Part shown: piece by piece, positions 18,563-26,262 of the stretch
How the letters are laid out: each line of letters opens with the position of its first letter
Position numbering within the stretch: position 1 is the first letter of the stretch
Virus record (IMG/VR): IMGVR_UViG_3300005805_000011
Span: 1 to 33,682 of that record
DNA length: 33,682 nt
Strand: one strand, 5' to 3'
From: a virus
Lineage: Duplodnaviria; Caudoviricetes
Position numbers and translations under genes: made by a program
The notes under the pieces: generated by a model
Databases searched by the model: none
Told to the model about the DNA's origin: nothing
What the model saw: the letters and a program-made list of their open reading frames with translations, nothing else

Positions 18563-19185
18563 AACAATGTTAATTGTGATTTGAATTCATTGAATCGTTT
18601 TTCCTGTGCTTCAAAATAGTCTTTATCGATTTCGCAACCGACAAAATCAAATCCGTTTTTGTAACAAGCGATGCGACTGCTTCCACTACCCAAATGCGAA
18701 TCAAAAATTTTGTCATTTTCATTCGCATAATGTTTCAAAATCCATTCGTATAGTTTGATTGGCTTTTGTGTTGGGTGGATTTTATCTATATTATTTGCGG
18801 AATTAAAATTAAATTTTTTTGCGGAACTTTTAAAAGATGTCCAAGCCAATTCAAATTGAGAAAATGTAATTTCCTCTGAAAAACCTTTGTCCCACATCAA
18901 CCAACATGAGGATGGAAACAAATATGTTATCATATAATTACCTCCCCAAATTATTTGATTTTTTGAAATACGAAATAATTCAATAAAATATTCGTGATCA
19001 GGAATTGATTTGTCCCAATACGCTTTTTTGTGTCCACTATGTTTTTGATTTTTTCTTCTGCCCATGTTTTCATTGATATTTATCCCATACGGCGGATCAA
19101 CGATTGCCAAATCAAAGTGCTTGTCGGCATACCGATTCATTACGTCCATGCAGTCCTGATTGAAAACAATTGAATCCTTTTTCAT
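18559..19185 (-). CDS. DNA N6-adenine/N4-cytosine methyltransferase, beta class (208 aa), paralog of the downstream gene
   Basis: DPPY, HPTQKP and DSHLGSGS motifs; C-terminus nearly identical to 17939..18562. Confidence 0.92.
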   Translation of the reverse strand: MKKDSIVFNQDCMDVMNRYADKHFDLAIVDPPYGININENMGRRKNQKHSGHKKAYWDKSIPDHEYFIELFRISKNQIIWGGNYMITYLFPSSCWLMWDKGFSEEITFSQFELAWTSFKSSAKKFNFNSANNIDKIHPTQKPIKLYEWILKHYANENDKIFDSHLGSGSSRIACYKNGFDFVGCEIDKDYFEAQEKRFNEFKSQLTLF

Positions 19186-19400
19186 TTTTTGTTTTTTAAT
19201 TGGTTCAACAAATGTTCAATGTCGGATTTCAGGATCATTGAATCCATCAAATCGACATCATCCTGATCCATCATTTCATTCACCCGTAGCAACAACGATT
19301 TCATTTGTCTGAATTGCTGAACACGTTGGTTGAACGTTGTTGATTTTCTTTTCCCGGTCAATTCGGATGTCAATCCGAAATCAAATGTTTTTGTTTTCAT
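19182..19400 (-). CDS. Hypothetical protein (72 aa)
   Basis: A-rich leader; ATGA-coupled to the first methyltransferase. Confidence 0.7.
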   Translation of the reverse strand: MKTKTFDFGLTSELTGKRKSTTFNQRVQQFRQMKSLLLRVNEMMDQDDVDLMDSMILKSDIEHLLNQLKNKK

Positions 19401-19426
19401 TGTTTTGGTTTTTGATGTTTGATTAT

Positions 19427-19447
19427 GGGGGCGGGATCACCGCCCCC
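19427..19447. other. Perfect GC-rich hairpin GGGGGCGG-GATCA-CCGCCCCC
   Basis: 8-bp all-GC stem in an intergenic gap with no U tract, so a terminator or mRNA processing/stability role is uncertain. Confidence 0.6.
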
Positions 19448-19455
19448 TGTTGGAT

Positions 19456-19692
19456 TTAATATTGTTTGGAATAGGTTAGCCAAGCACTTTTATTTTTTTC
19501 ATTAAAATAAATGTCACAAACCCATCCATCATACTCACCTTTTGTGCAATTCATTATAATGTGATTCATATCTTTTTCATCGTATGCAGTCCACTTTTCC
19601 CAAGTATTTAAATACTCTTCAAATCCATTAGATATTAAATTGTTAATGGTAGAATTGAGATTCTCAATGTTGATGTTGATTTTAGTTGTCAT
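19456..19692 (-). CDS. Hypothetical protein, probable first early gene (~78 aa)
   Basis: Likely start is ATG 19692 (MTTKININ), downstream of the promoter; atypical composition. Confidence 0.65.
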   Translation of the reverse strand: MTTKININIENLNSTINNLISNGFEEYLNTWEKWTAYDEKDMNHIIMNCTKGEYDGWVCDIYFNEKNKSAWLTYSKQY

Positions 19693-19731
19693 TGTTTTTG
19701 GTTTTAAATTGTTTGTTTGAATTTGATAGGG

Positions 19732-19786
19732 CAAAACTACAAATGATTTTGATACATACAACAATTGTTGAAAACTATTTTCAACA
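19732..19786 (-). promoter_or_regulatory. Early promoter (TTG-N19-TAGTTTTG) with overlapping operator-like palindromes
   Basis: -7 element at 19732-19739; palindrome CAACAATTGTTG at 19759-19770; inverted repeat TGTTGAAAA-CTA-TTTTCAACA at 19766-19786. Confidence 0.6.
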
Positions 19787-19857
19787 TTTGTTTGAATGTA
19801 TTGATTTTGAATCAATTAGAGATTCACAAAAACACCCATTTTCAGGCAATTAACAAC

Positions 19858-19884
19858 AAAAAAACCCTGAATGATCAGGGTTTT
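19858..19884 (-). terminator. Rho-independent terminator at the end of the late operon
   Basis: AAAACCCTGA-N4-TCAGGGTTTT stem followed by a T run on the minus strand. Confidence 0.75.
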
Positions 19885-19915
19885 GGGGGAAAAATATAAT
19901 TGGTTTAACGGACTT

Positions 19916-20173
19916 TTACGGCAATTTTACTTTCCCGAAAAAAGGTTTTTTACTCACGGATTTTTTTCCCTCACACGACCACAACTGACGTGCCCAATAA
20001 TTGGGTGTTGACTTGTCATTCGCACCTTTGATCCCTGATGATCGGGCGCAATATGCATCCCCGGCGGGTGTTCCCGGTTTTATTTTGTAACCTGATGCAC
20101 CGAAATTGATTGTTTTTCCATCAACCTTCGTTGCGTATTTTTTGCCATCGATTTGCGATCGTGTAATTTTCAT
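19916..20173 (-). CDS. Small basic viral protein (DUF5754/DUF6321-like, 85 aa)
   Basis: KKY...INFGASGY...AYCARS...TPNYWARQLW pattern. Family assignment is from memory of the motif. Confidence 0.6.
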   Translation of the reverse strand: MKITRSQIDGKKYATKVDGKTINFGASGYKIKPGTPAGDAYCARSSGIKGANDKSTPNYWARQLWSCEGKKSVSKKPFFGKVKLP

Positions 20174-20174
20174 T

Positions 20175-21086
20175 TTAACAATTGATATTGTTGTGCATTA
20201 TTTGTGAACCGATGAAAATATCACACGTGTCATTGTTGATAAATGTTTCGGTTTCCAAACATCCACCTGATGCCGATTGTGTAAAACCTAAAATTTGCCC
20301 GACACCCAATGTCCACGTAACAGGAAACAAGGTTGTTCCATCATATAACAAATGCACCTGAACACCATTTTCCAACAACCACAATTCAGCAAATGCATTC
20401 ACACCGGGATTGATGATTGTCGGATTGATTAACAAATCAATTGCCTGTGTTGTGGTGTTTTGATATGACCATCCCTGAACGGGGGGAGGGGGGAACAAAG
20501 GGAAATTGGCGGTTGTGAAAATTGTTGTTGATGCCTGAACAATTGGAATCAAATTCCATTGTGGGCAAAAATCACAGGATGGATCGCCAAAATTAACAAC
20601 GTAAGGAATGCCATAATCGATCGAACACGAAACATTGAAAATCGATGCAAATGCAACACCACAATCAACACCACGATGTGTTGTTTTGAAAAATATGACA
20701 TCCTGATCATTCAAAACAAATTGTGTTGGAATTCCTGTCGGAATGAAATTGTCAATTCCGTTGATGTTTAAAAAGGTGTCACACGTTGCATCAGGGTTGA
20801 AAACATTAAATTCCAATGTCACCTGACACGCTGAAACACCATCAGTTGTGGCAATGATGAACGGAGGTGTTGACAATTCAGTTGATGTGATCGGTTCAAG
20901 GAATGATCCGAAAAACGGAACAACCTTCAAATCACAACAACCCGGTGTTGGGGGAATTGAATTTTGATCATTCAATTTGGAATGTTTGCAACGTGAACAA
21001 TCATTGTTGTCACATTGAACACATCCTTTGATTTGGTTTTGAACCTTTGATGTGATCCTGTCAAATGATTGTTTGATCCCCTTCAT
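20175..21086 (-). CDS. Cys-rich structural protein with an N-terminal CxxC-x4-CxxC cluster (~303 aa)
   Basis: ATGA-coupled to the CxxC membrane gene; CVQCDNNDCSRC followed by beta-rich domains; 15 Cys. Confidence 0.65.
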   Translation of the reverse strand: MKGIKQSFDRITSKVQNQIKGCVQCDNNDCSRCKHSKLNDQNSIPPTPGCCDLKVVPFFGSFLEPITSTELSTPPFIIATTDGVSACQVTLEFNVFNPDATCDTFLNINGIDNFIPTGIPTQFVLNDQDVIFFKTTHRGVDCGVAFASIFNVSCSIDYGIPYVVNFGDPSCDFCPQWNLIPIVQASTTIFTTANFPLFPPPPVQGWSYQNTTTQAIDLLINPTIINPGVNAFAELWLLENGVQVHLLYDGTTLFPVTWTLGVGQILGFTQSASGGCLETETFINNDTCDIFIGSQIMHNNINC

Positions 21087-21415
21087 TCCCTCCAAAATGA
21101 TTTGTCCAACACGTTCAATGCAAAATGTGAAAACATCGTTGTCGGAACAAACCACCAACCTGAAATTCCTATTTCAAAATAGTAGATCAGGAACACACCT
21201 GATGTGATCCAAATGTTTTGGCAATATGCACACAACCCCAAAGGATTCGCTAAAAAATGAAACGGGTTTTTCAAATTGTCCCTGAAATTTTTTTCAACGA
21301 ATGGAATCCATTTTCCGAAAACGTTACCGGGGCGAAAACAAAATTCCAAAAAAAACGTGATCAATGCCGATGTGAATGCCACAAACAACATTTCAAAAAA
21401 TTCCAATGCTTCCAT
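21083..21415 (-). CDS. Membrane protein with a CxxC motif (DUF1360-like; putative thiol-disulfide oxidoreductase, 110 aa)
   Basis: About three hydrophobic helices; PLGLCAYCQNIW sits at the start of a TM helix, resembling the DUF1360 CxxCxxxW and VKOR/DsbB active-site placement. Confidence 0.6.
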   Translation of the reverse strand: MEALEFFEMLFVAFTSALITFFLEFCFRPGNVFGKWIPFVEKNFRDNLKNPFHFLANPLGLCAYCQNIWITSGVFLIYYFEIGISGWWFVPTTMFSHFALNVLDKSFWRE

Positions 21416-21425
21416 TGTTTTACAT

Positions 21426-21746
21426 TTAAGGATTTACACACATTGAAACAACCCCGTGTGCAATGAAACAGCACGCCCCATCGGGTGACGTTGCAAAATG
21501 AACACCCTGTGACACCATACACGATGGCAATTTGATTTTGATCATCACATCCGAATTTTCGTTGAATGTGTACGGCAAAACGATTTGATCGCCCGTTCCA
21601 AATGTGACAACGGATTCCATAAATGTTCCATTGTTCCAAATTTGAAACGTGAAATCAGCATCCCCCGGACAGGGATTTGTGAAACCAAAATCGATGTTTT
21701 GATTGTACGCAAAACACCCTAATTCCTTATAGCAACCACAATTCAT
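21426..21746 (-). CDS. Small Cys-rich structural protein (106 aa)
   Basis: Starts MNCGCY; 8 Cys; beta-rich. Confidence 0.7.
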   Translation of the reverse strand: MNCGCYKELGCFAYNQNIDFGFTNPCPGDADFTFQIWNNGTFMESVVTFGTGDQIVLPYTFNENSDVMIKIKLPSCMVSQGVHFATSPDGACCFIAHGVVSMCVNP

Positions 21747-21758
21747 TTTTATTTGTTT

Positions 21759-22295
21759 TTAAATGTAGTAATTTTGTAAAGATATATCAAAATCCAATGC
21801 AACAAAAATCAGGTTTTTGTCGAATTGTTTTGGTTTGTCGGTTTCCGTTTTAAGAACGGCAATTGAATCGACCTGTGATCGCACGGGTTTGAATTCAATG
21901 TTTTTGATCATTTGGTTTCCGATTGTGAAATCCCCGATTTTGGTTGATGTGATCGCATTACGTAATGAATTTTCAAGTTCATATCGACACCAATTTTTAA
22001 CACAACAAACAACCCTCAATTCGAACACCGAAACGTTTGCCGTTTGTGAACACGAAACAAATTGTTTGTTGTTTGGAATTTCTTCGAATCGGATTTCGCC
22101 ATTGTCCCGGTGTCGAATATAAAACCAATTGATCAGGTTGTCACCGATCCCGGAATAAACATATTCGGTTGAATCATCGTTTTGGATCAAAACACGTCCA
22201 TCATCATCGATGATTGCCAATGCAACACCTTTTGTCAACACAGGCATTTTTGATTTGATCGAATTGATCAGGACTTTCAAAATATCTTTTATCAT
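21759..22295 (-). CDS. Putative tail completion/terminator-type connector protein (178 aa)
   Basis: Size, alpha/beta pattern and position after the 158-aa morphogenesis-like gene. Inference only. Confidence 0.45.
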   Translation of the reverse strand: MIKDILKVLINSIKSKMPVLTKGVALAIIDDDGRVLIQNDDSTEYVYSGIGDNLINWFYIRHRDNGEIRFEEIPNNKQFVSCSQTANVSVFELRVVCCVKNWCRYELENSLRNAITSTKIGDFTIGNQMIKNIEFKPVRSQVDSIAVLKTETDKPKQFDKNLIFVALDFDISLQNYYI

Positions 22296-22768
22296 AATCG
22301 TGCGATTATTTCATCAATTTTTTCATTCAACAGATCCGTGATGTAAGCGGATGTTTCAATTTCTTCGTTTTGTGATGGAACGAAAATATCCATTTTCTTT
22401 TTACCGATTTTTTTCGCTTGAATGATTTCCTGACCTGTCGCCTTTAAATAATCAGCATCATTGATCACCGCCAAAACAACTTCCGAATCGTTTTCCTGAA
22501 CAACCTGAATTGAATTTCGCAAATCGGATGTGAATTCCAAATCAACGAATCCGATTTGGTTTCCTTTTTTTTCCCTCTTTTTTTTCCACCACTTTGATTT
22601 GTATGAACCGATTGCGGTTTCAGCGGAATTCAAACCCTTGTTAAATATGCGGGTTTTCATTTCACCTTCCAAATATTTGCCACCCAACAACAATAAATCT
22701 CCTTTGTAATTGGCAATTTCAATCGACAATTGTCTAACCTTGTTTTGAAAATTTTCCCGTGTGATCAT
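22292..22768 (-). CDS. Putative virion morphogenesis/neck protein (158 aa)
   Basis: YKSKWWKKKREKKG...VDLEFTSDLRNSI resembles tail-completion (Mu gpG/HK97 gp10-like) proteins. Confidence 0.55.
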   Translation of the reverse strand: MITRENFQNKVRQLSIEIANYKGDLLLLGGKYLEGEMKTRIFNKGLNSAETAIGSYKSKWWKKKREKKGNQIGFVDLEFTSDLRNSIQVVQENDSEVVLAVINDADYLKATGQEIIQAKKIGKKKMDIFVPSQNEEIETSAYITDLLNEKIDEIIARL

Positions 22769-23196
22769 CGTTTGATTGAATCAATTAGTTTTGAAATAGC
22801 AATCAGAAAAATCAAAAACAATGCAATAGCCAAAAATCCAAAAATGCCATCGTTTTTCATCAGGTGAATGATCCGTTGTGTTGTTGTTTCGGTTTTCCAT
22901 TTGGTGACAACGATCGTGTCCGATGGACATTCAGGTTGAATGAATATTGAATCACCGGGCAACCTGACAACCTTCACACGAACATCCGTGTTTTTGTCAA
23001 CGATGAAAATCGTGTCACGATTCAAAACCGAAATGATCGTGTCAAACGATTTCGATGTCGTGATGATTGTTGTGTCAATGAATGTCGTGATGACGTTTGT
23101 TGATTCCGGGAATTTTTCCGCACACCTTTGTGCGGTTATGCAACCCGATTCAACAACCATCATCAGGAACACGAACGGGATCAACAGGTTTTTCAT
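22765..23196 (-). CDS. Lipoprotein with a C-terminal TM helix; putative unimolecular spanin (143 aa)
   Basis: Signal peptide ending SGC (Cys19), beta-rich middle, C-terminal GIFGFLAIALFLIFLIAI; directly after the holin. Confidence 0.55.
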   Translation of the reverse strand: MKNLLIPFVFLMMVVESGCITAQRCAEKFPESTNVITTFIDTTIITTSKSFDTIISVLNRDTIFIVDKNTDVRVKVVRLPGDSIFIQPECPSDTIVVTKWKTETTTQRIIHLMKNDGIFGFLAIALFLIFLIAISKLIDSIKR

Positions 23197-23683
23197 CCTT
23201 TTTTACGATATCATTTTTGTATGCATCAATTTTTTTGTAGAATATTTCAGCAAATATCGGGTTGATCATTTTCAACAATGACAGGTTTTTCACCAATGAC
23301 AACATCGAAACAATAACCAACGGCACGAACACCGCTTCGTTCAACCAAATCAACGCACCTGATCCCTTTGAAACATTTGTTGCAAACATCAACAATGCCG
23401 TGTGTGATAACATTGTCCAAAGGAAACGCAATGCTTTCCGGGTTTCGAATTTATCATTGCGAAATGCCAACACGATCCCTGTGATATTGTCACAAACGAT
23501 CAAACCGATCAATGAATAAAATGAAATTGCGGGATCAAATATCCAATCGGAAACGAATCCTGTCGTTGCACCAAACGAAAACCCACCAATCAACGTTGTC
23601 ATCAATACTTCATTTTTAAGTTTTAATGACAATATAGATTCCACAACCTCGATCACTTCATTCGGCAACAAATATTTTTTCAT
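23150..23683 (-). CDS. Holin (phage holin 4-like, ~177 aa)
   Basis: Multiple TM helices, D.ITG motif (VCDNITGIVLA) and SLVKNL. Likely start is ATG 23683. Confidence 0.75.
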   Translation of the reverse strand: MKKYLLPNEVIEVVESILSLKLKNEVLMTTLIGGFSFGATTGFVSDWIFDPAISFYSLIGLIVCDNITGIVLAFRNDKFETRKALRFLWTMLSHTALLMFATNVSKGSGALIWLNEAVFVPLVIVSMLSLVKNLSLLKMINPIFAEIFYKKIDAYKNDIVKKDEKPVDPVRVPDDGC

Positions 23684-23685
23684 TT

Positions 23686-23799
23686 TCAAAAACGTTTTGG
23701 GCGGGTTGTCGGTTTGATGGGGCGGGTTGTCGTTGGACGTGGGCGAGAGCCTCCACACGATCCACATCCTTTGTTTTCTAAAACGATTTGTTTTGTCAT
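23686..23799 (-). CDS. Small CxxC peptide (37 aa, MTKQIVLENKGCGSCGGSRPRPTTTRPIKPTTRPKRF)
   Basis: Below the ORF-track cutoff. ATG 23799 after an A-rich leader, TGA at 23686; exactly fills the gap between the 313-aa gene and the holin. Confidence 0.65.
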   Translation of the reverse strand: MTKQIVLENKGCGSCGGSRPRPTTTRPIKPTTRPKRF

Positions 23800-23811
23800 T
23801 TTATTTTTGGT

Positions 23812-24753
23812 TTAAGGTAAGCCTTGAACATATCGTGATTGATTGCAAATGATACAACAATCATCAACACGTTTCATCAATTCGGGAATCGATGCGATCA
23901 GGATTTTGAAATGTTTGTCGTATTCCTTTGAAAACATATCAAACAAAAATTCCGTTTTTTCCGAATCCAACAACGTCATTGAATTCAAACGATCGGATGT
24001 GATAGCCTCTTTTATGATCTCCAATCCTGATTTGTAAAGGATCGGCAATGCCAATTTTGGCGCAAGGATGCAACCTAATTCATCAATTGAACATTCGGAA
24101 TTCGCTTTGACATTCAACCCATAGGTTGAATTTGCATTGTTCGCCCCGTTCCAACCTGATCCATTCAAATATTGTGATGATTTGGATGAACATCCGCAAC
24201 CCTCTTTGACATCCGAATCATTGACGTTGATATTGGTGTCATTCATCGTGATGAATATTTCATTGGATGTCGAAAAATAATCCGGGAACAATTCAGCATT
24301 GCCATTCGCATCAGTTGTGAACGGAAACGATGTTGTGTTCAATCCATCAGTAATTTCAACGGAATGATTGAAATTCGCTTGTTGTATGTTTACAACAATT
24401 GAATTCACCCTGATCCTGATCAACCGGGATTGTTTTGTTTTCAAACGAACACCACGATCGGCATTCATCAAAGGCAAAAACGTTGTCGTAAATTTACCGA
24501 CATCAATTGTGTCGATGATAGAATTCATCCTGAAATAAGGCAATGAATACGCCGAAATTTCATTCAATACCAATGATGTGGCGAATTCAATTTTTGATTT
24601 CAGGAATTCCAATCCTGAAACGTGATCCGAATCGGCAATGTCGGATGCGTAACGTAAATTCAAACCCTCCAAATCGTTGATCCAAAATCCGGATTTGGAT
24701 TGTGTGTAACACCTAACACCGATGTAATTTTCAAGACAATTTGGAATACTCAT
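23812..24753 (-). CDS. Cys-rich structural protein, putative head-tail adaptor (313 aa)
   Basis: Helical termini with an inserted beta region; 9 Cys including CGC and CCIIC. Role inferred. Confidence 0.5.
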   Translation of the reverse strand: MSIPNCLENYIGVRCYTQSKSGFWINDLEGLNLRYASDIADSDHVSGLEFLKSKIEFATSLVLNEISAYSLPYFRMNSIIDTIDVGKFTTTFLPLMNADRGVRLKTKQSRLIRIRVNSIVVNIQQANFNHSVEITDGLNTTSFPFTTDANGNAELFPDYFSTSNEIFITMNDTNINVNDSDVKEGCGCSSKSSQYLNGSGWNGANNANSTYGLNVKANSECSIDELGCILAPKLALPILYKSGLEIIKEAITSDRLNSMTLLDSEKTEFLFDMFSKEYDKHFKILIASIPELMKRVDDCCIICNQSRYVQGLP

Positions 24754-25249
24754 ATGGATCGGAATTGTAAATGTTTTTTTCGTTGATTTTTATTTTGCAA
24801 TGATTACGCAACCAATTCGGAACAAAAAATGATGGACAGGCTTTGTTCGAAAATTGGTTGTGACCCGCAATCAATACATCAGGATTGTATGCCAAAACTT
24901 CAGCGATGATCGATGTCAGCATCATTGATTGTGTTTCGGTCATTGTGTTTTTTGGTGTTCGTTTGTCGGCATCCAATCCCCCAATATAGCAAACGTGCCG
25001 GGATATTGAATTGATTCCCGCAACACCATTTGTGATTTCGTTTTCATCGATCCATTTGTCACCATTATGTTTCACGAAATTGTGTCGTGATCCATCCAAC
25101 AAAATCAAATCCGAATATCCGACACGTGACCAACCTCGACCGACAGGTTTTGGTTTGGTGTGCCAATTGCGAATTGTTTCAGCGGTGAATGATTTTCCTT
25201 CGGGTGTCGCTGAACAATGAATAATCAAAAATTTATGTTGTCGTTTCAT
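24731..25249 (-). CDS. Endolysin, N-acetylmuramoyl-L-alanine amidase (Amidase_2, T7 lysozyme-like)
   Basis: IIHCSAT, GWSRVGY, VCYIGG and GHNQFSNKACPSF zinc-amidase motifs. Likely start is ATG 25249. Confidence 0.92.
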   Translation of the reverse strand: MKRQHKFLIIHCSATPEGKSFTAETIRNWHTKPKPVGRGWSRVGYSDLILLDGSRHNFVKHNGDKWIDENEITNGVAGINSISRHVCYIGGLDADKRTPKNTMTETQSMMLTSIIAEVLAYNPDVLIAGHNQFSNKACPSFFVPNWLRNHCKIKINEKNIYNSDPYEYSKLS

Positions 25250-25589
25250 TTTCGTTTTGCGGTTGATCATCAACGGGCAAATCGGGTTTTTCGGTTTTGG
25301 TTTTTGATGCCTTCATTTTATTTGACAAAACGAATGTGTCATATCGTTTTCCCTCTTTTTTTTCAACCTTTATTCCGGGCATTTCATTTTCAATCCATTC
25401 GATCACACCCTGAATTTGATTGTTCAATTTGTATCGATATGAAAATTTTTGAATCCCAAATTCAACGGAATTTTTTTCGGCATTCAAAACCTGAACATCA
25501 TATGATGTCCCGATTCCCCAAACAAATGTTTCAATCGCTTTTGCAATTTCATCATTGGTTTGTTTCAATTTGTGTTGACTGATTAACAT
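25233..25589 (-). CDS. Hypothetical protein (118 aa)
   Basis: ORF between the terminator and the amidase. Confidence 0.65.
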   Translation of the reverse strand: MLISQHKLKQTNDEIAKAIETFVWGIGTSYDVQVLNAEKNSVEFGIQKFSYRYKLNNQIQGVIEWIENEMPGIKVEKKEGKRYDTFVLSNKMKASKTKTEKPDLPVDDQPQNENETTT

Positions 25590-25612
25590 TCAATTTTTGT
25601 TTTAGTAAAAGT

Positions 25613-25649
25613 AAAAAAAAACGGGGATCAAACAACCGACCCCCGTTTT
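25613..25649 (-). terminator. Rho-independent terminator after the capsid/tail tube genes
   Basis: AAAACGGGG...CCCCGTTTT stem followed by T9 on the minus strand. Confidence 0.8.
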
Positions 25650-25672
25650 GACATCAAACAAACAAACAAATT

Positions 25673-26227
25673 TTACAATCCTGACAAATCAACCGCCACA
25701 GGGCAAATCATCGTGACGGAATTCCAAAGGATTGTTCCATCAAAATAAGTTGACCCGGTGTTGTTGTCCTCAATGACCTCATCGATTTCAATTTGAAAAT
25801 CGTTGATCACTCCGTAAAAATAGCCATCGCATGAATAATAGCCAAATTTATAGGATGATGGTTCAGCCAAAATCGTGTTCCAAAAATCGTAAGCCAAACA
25901 ACCACCACCGGGGGTGATTGTGTCGGTGTTGTAATCTTGGAACGTCAATTGTTTTTCAGCACCGACAACACCTTCAGGTTGACAGGATGCGATCCTTTTT
26001 TTGGTGAATGATCCTTTTGGTTTTTGTCCCAAAATCAAACCGCTGAAAACAACGTCATCCGATGCAACCGCCGCAGTCCATTCGGCAACACTTGTAATGT
26101 CGGTGAACGTGTAATCACATTTGATGAACACCAATTTTTGAATCCCTCCGGGACGTGATACAATTCCGCATCCACCCGCATATGATGCGGGTAGTGCGGG
26201 GGCGCAATTTGAATTACATATTGCCAT
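25673..26227 (-). CDS. Putative major tail tube protein (184 aa, Cys-rich)
   Basis: Size and beta-rich pattern (RPGGIQKLVFIKC...KQLTFQD...YFDGTILW); lies between the capsid gene and a strong terminator; 8 Cys. Confidence 0.65.
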   Translation of the reverse strand: MAICNSNCAPALPASYAGGCGIVSRPGGIQKLVFIKCDYTFTDITSVAEWTAAVASDDVVFSGLILGQKPKGSFTKKRIASCQPEGVVGAEKQLTFQDYNTDTITPGGGCLAYDFWNTILAEPSSYKFGYYSCDGYFYGVINDFQIEIDEVIEDNNTGSTYFDGTILWNSVTMICPVAVDLSGL

Positions 26228-26262
26228 TTTTTACCTCCTTATTTTTTAAATTGTTTAAATGA

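Noticed and set aside
17939-19185. Methyltransferase repeats as a diversity-generating retroelement TR/VR pair
   Set aside because: No reverse transcriptase is present, and the differences are mostly synonymous and not adenine-specific.
11738-19790. Lysogeny module, DNA polymerase, tRNA genes
   Set aside because: No integrase, divergent repressor, polymerase, helicase or cloverleaf was recognised. Lifestyle is left undetermined, though the layout is consistent with a lytic phage using host replication.
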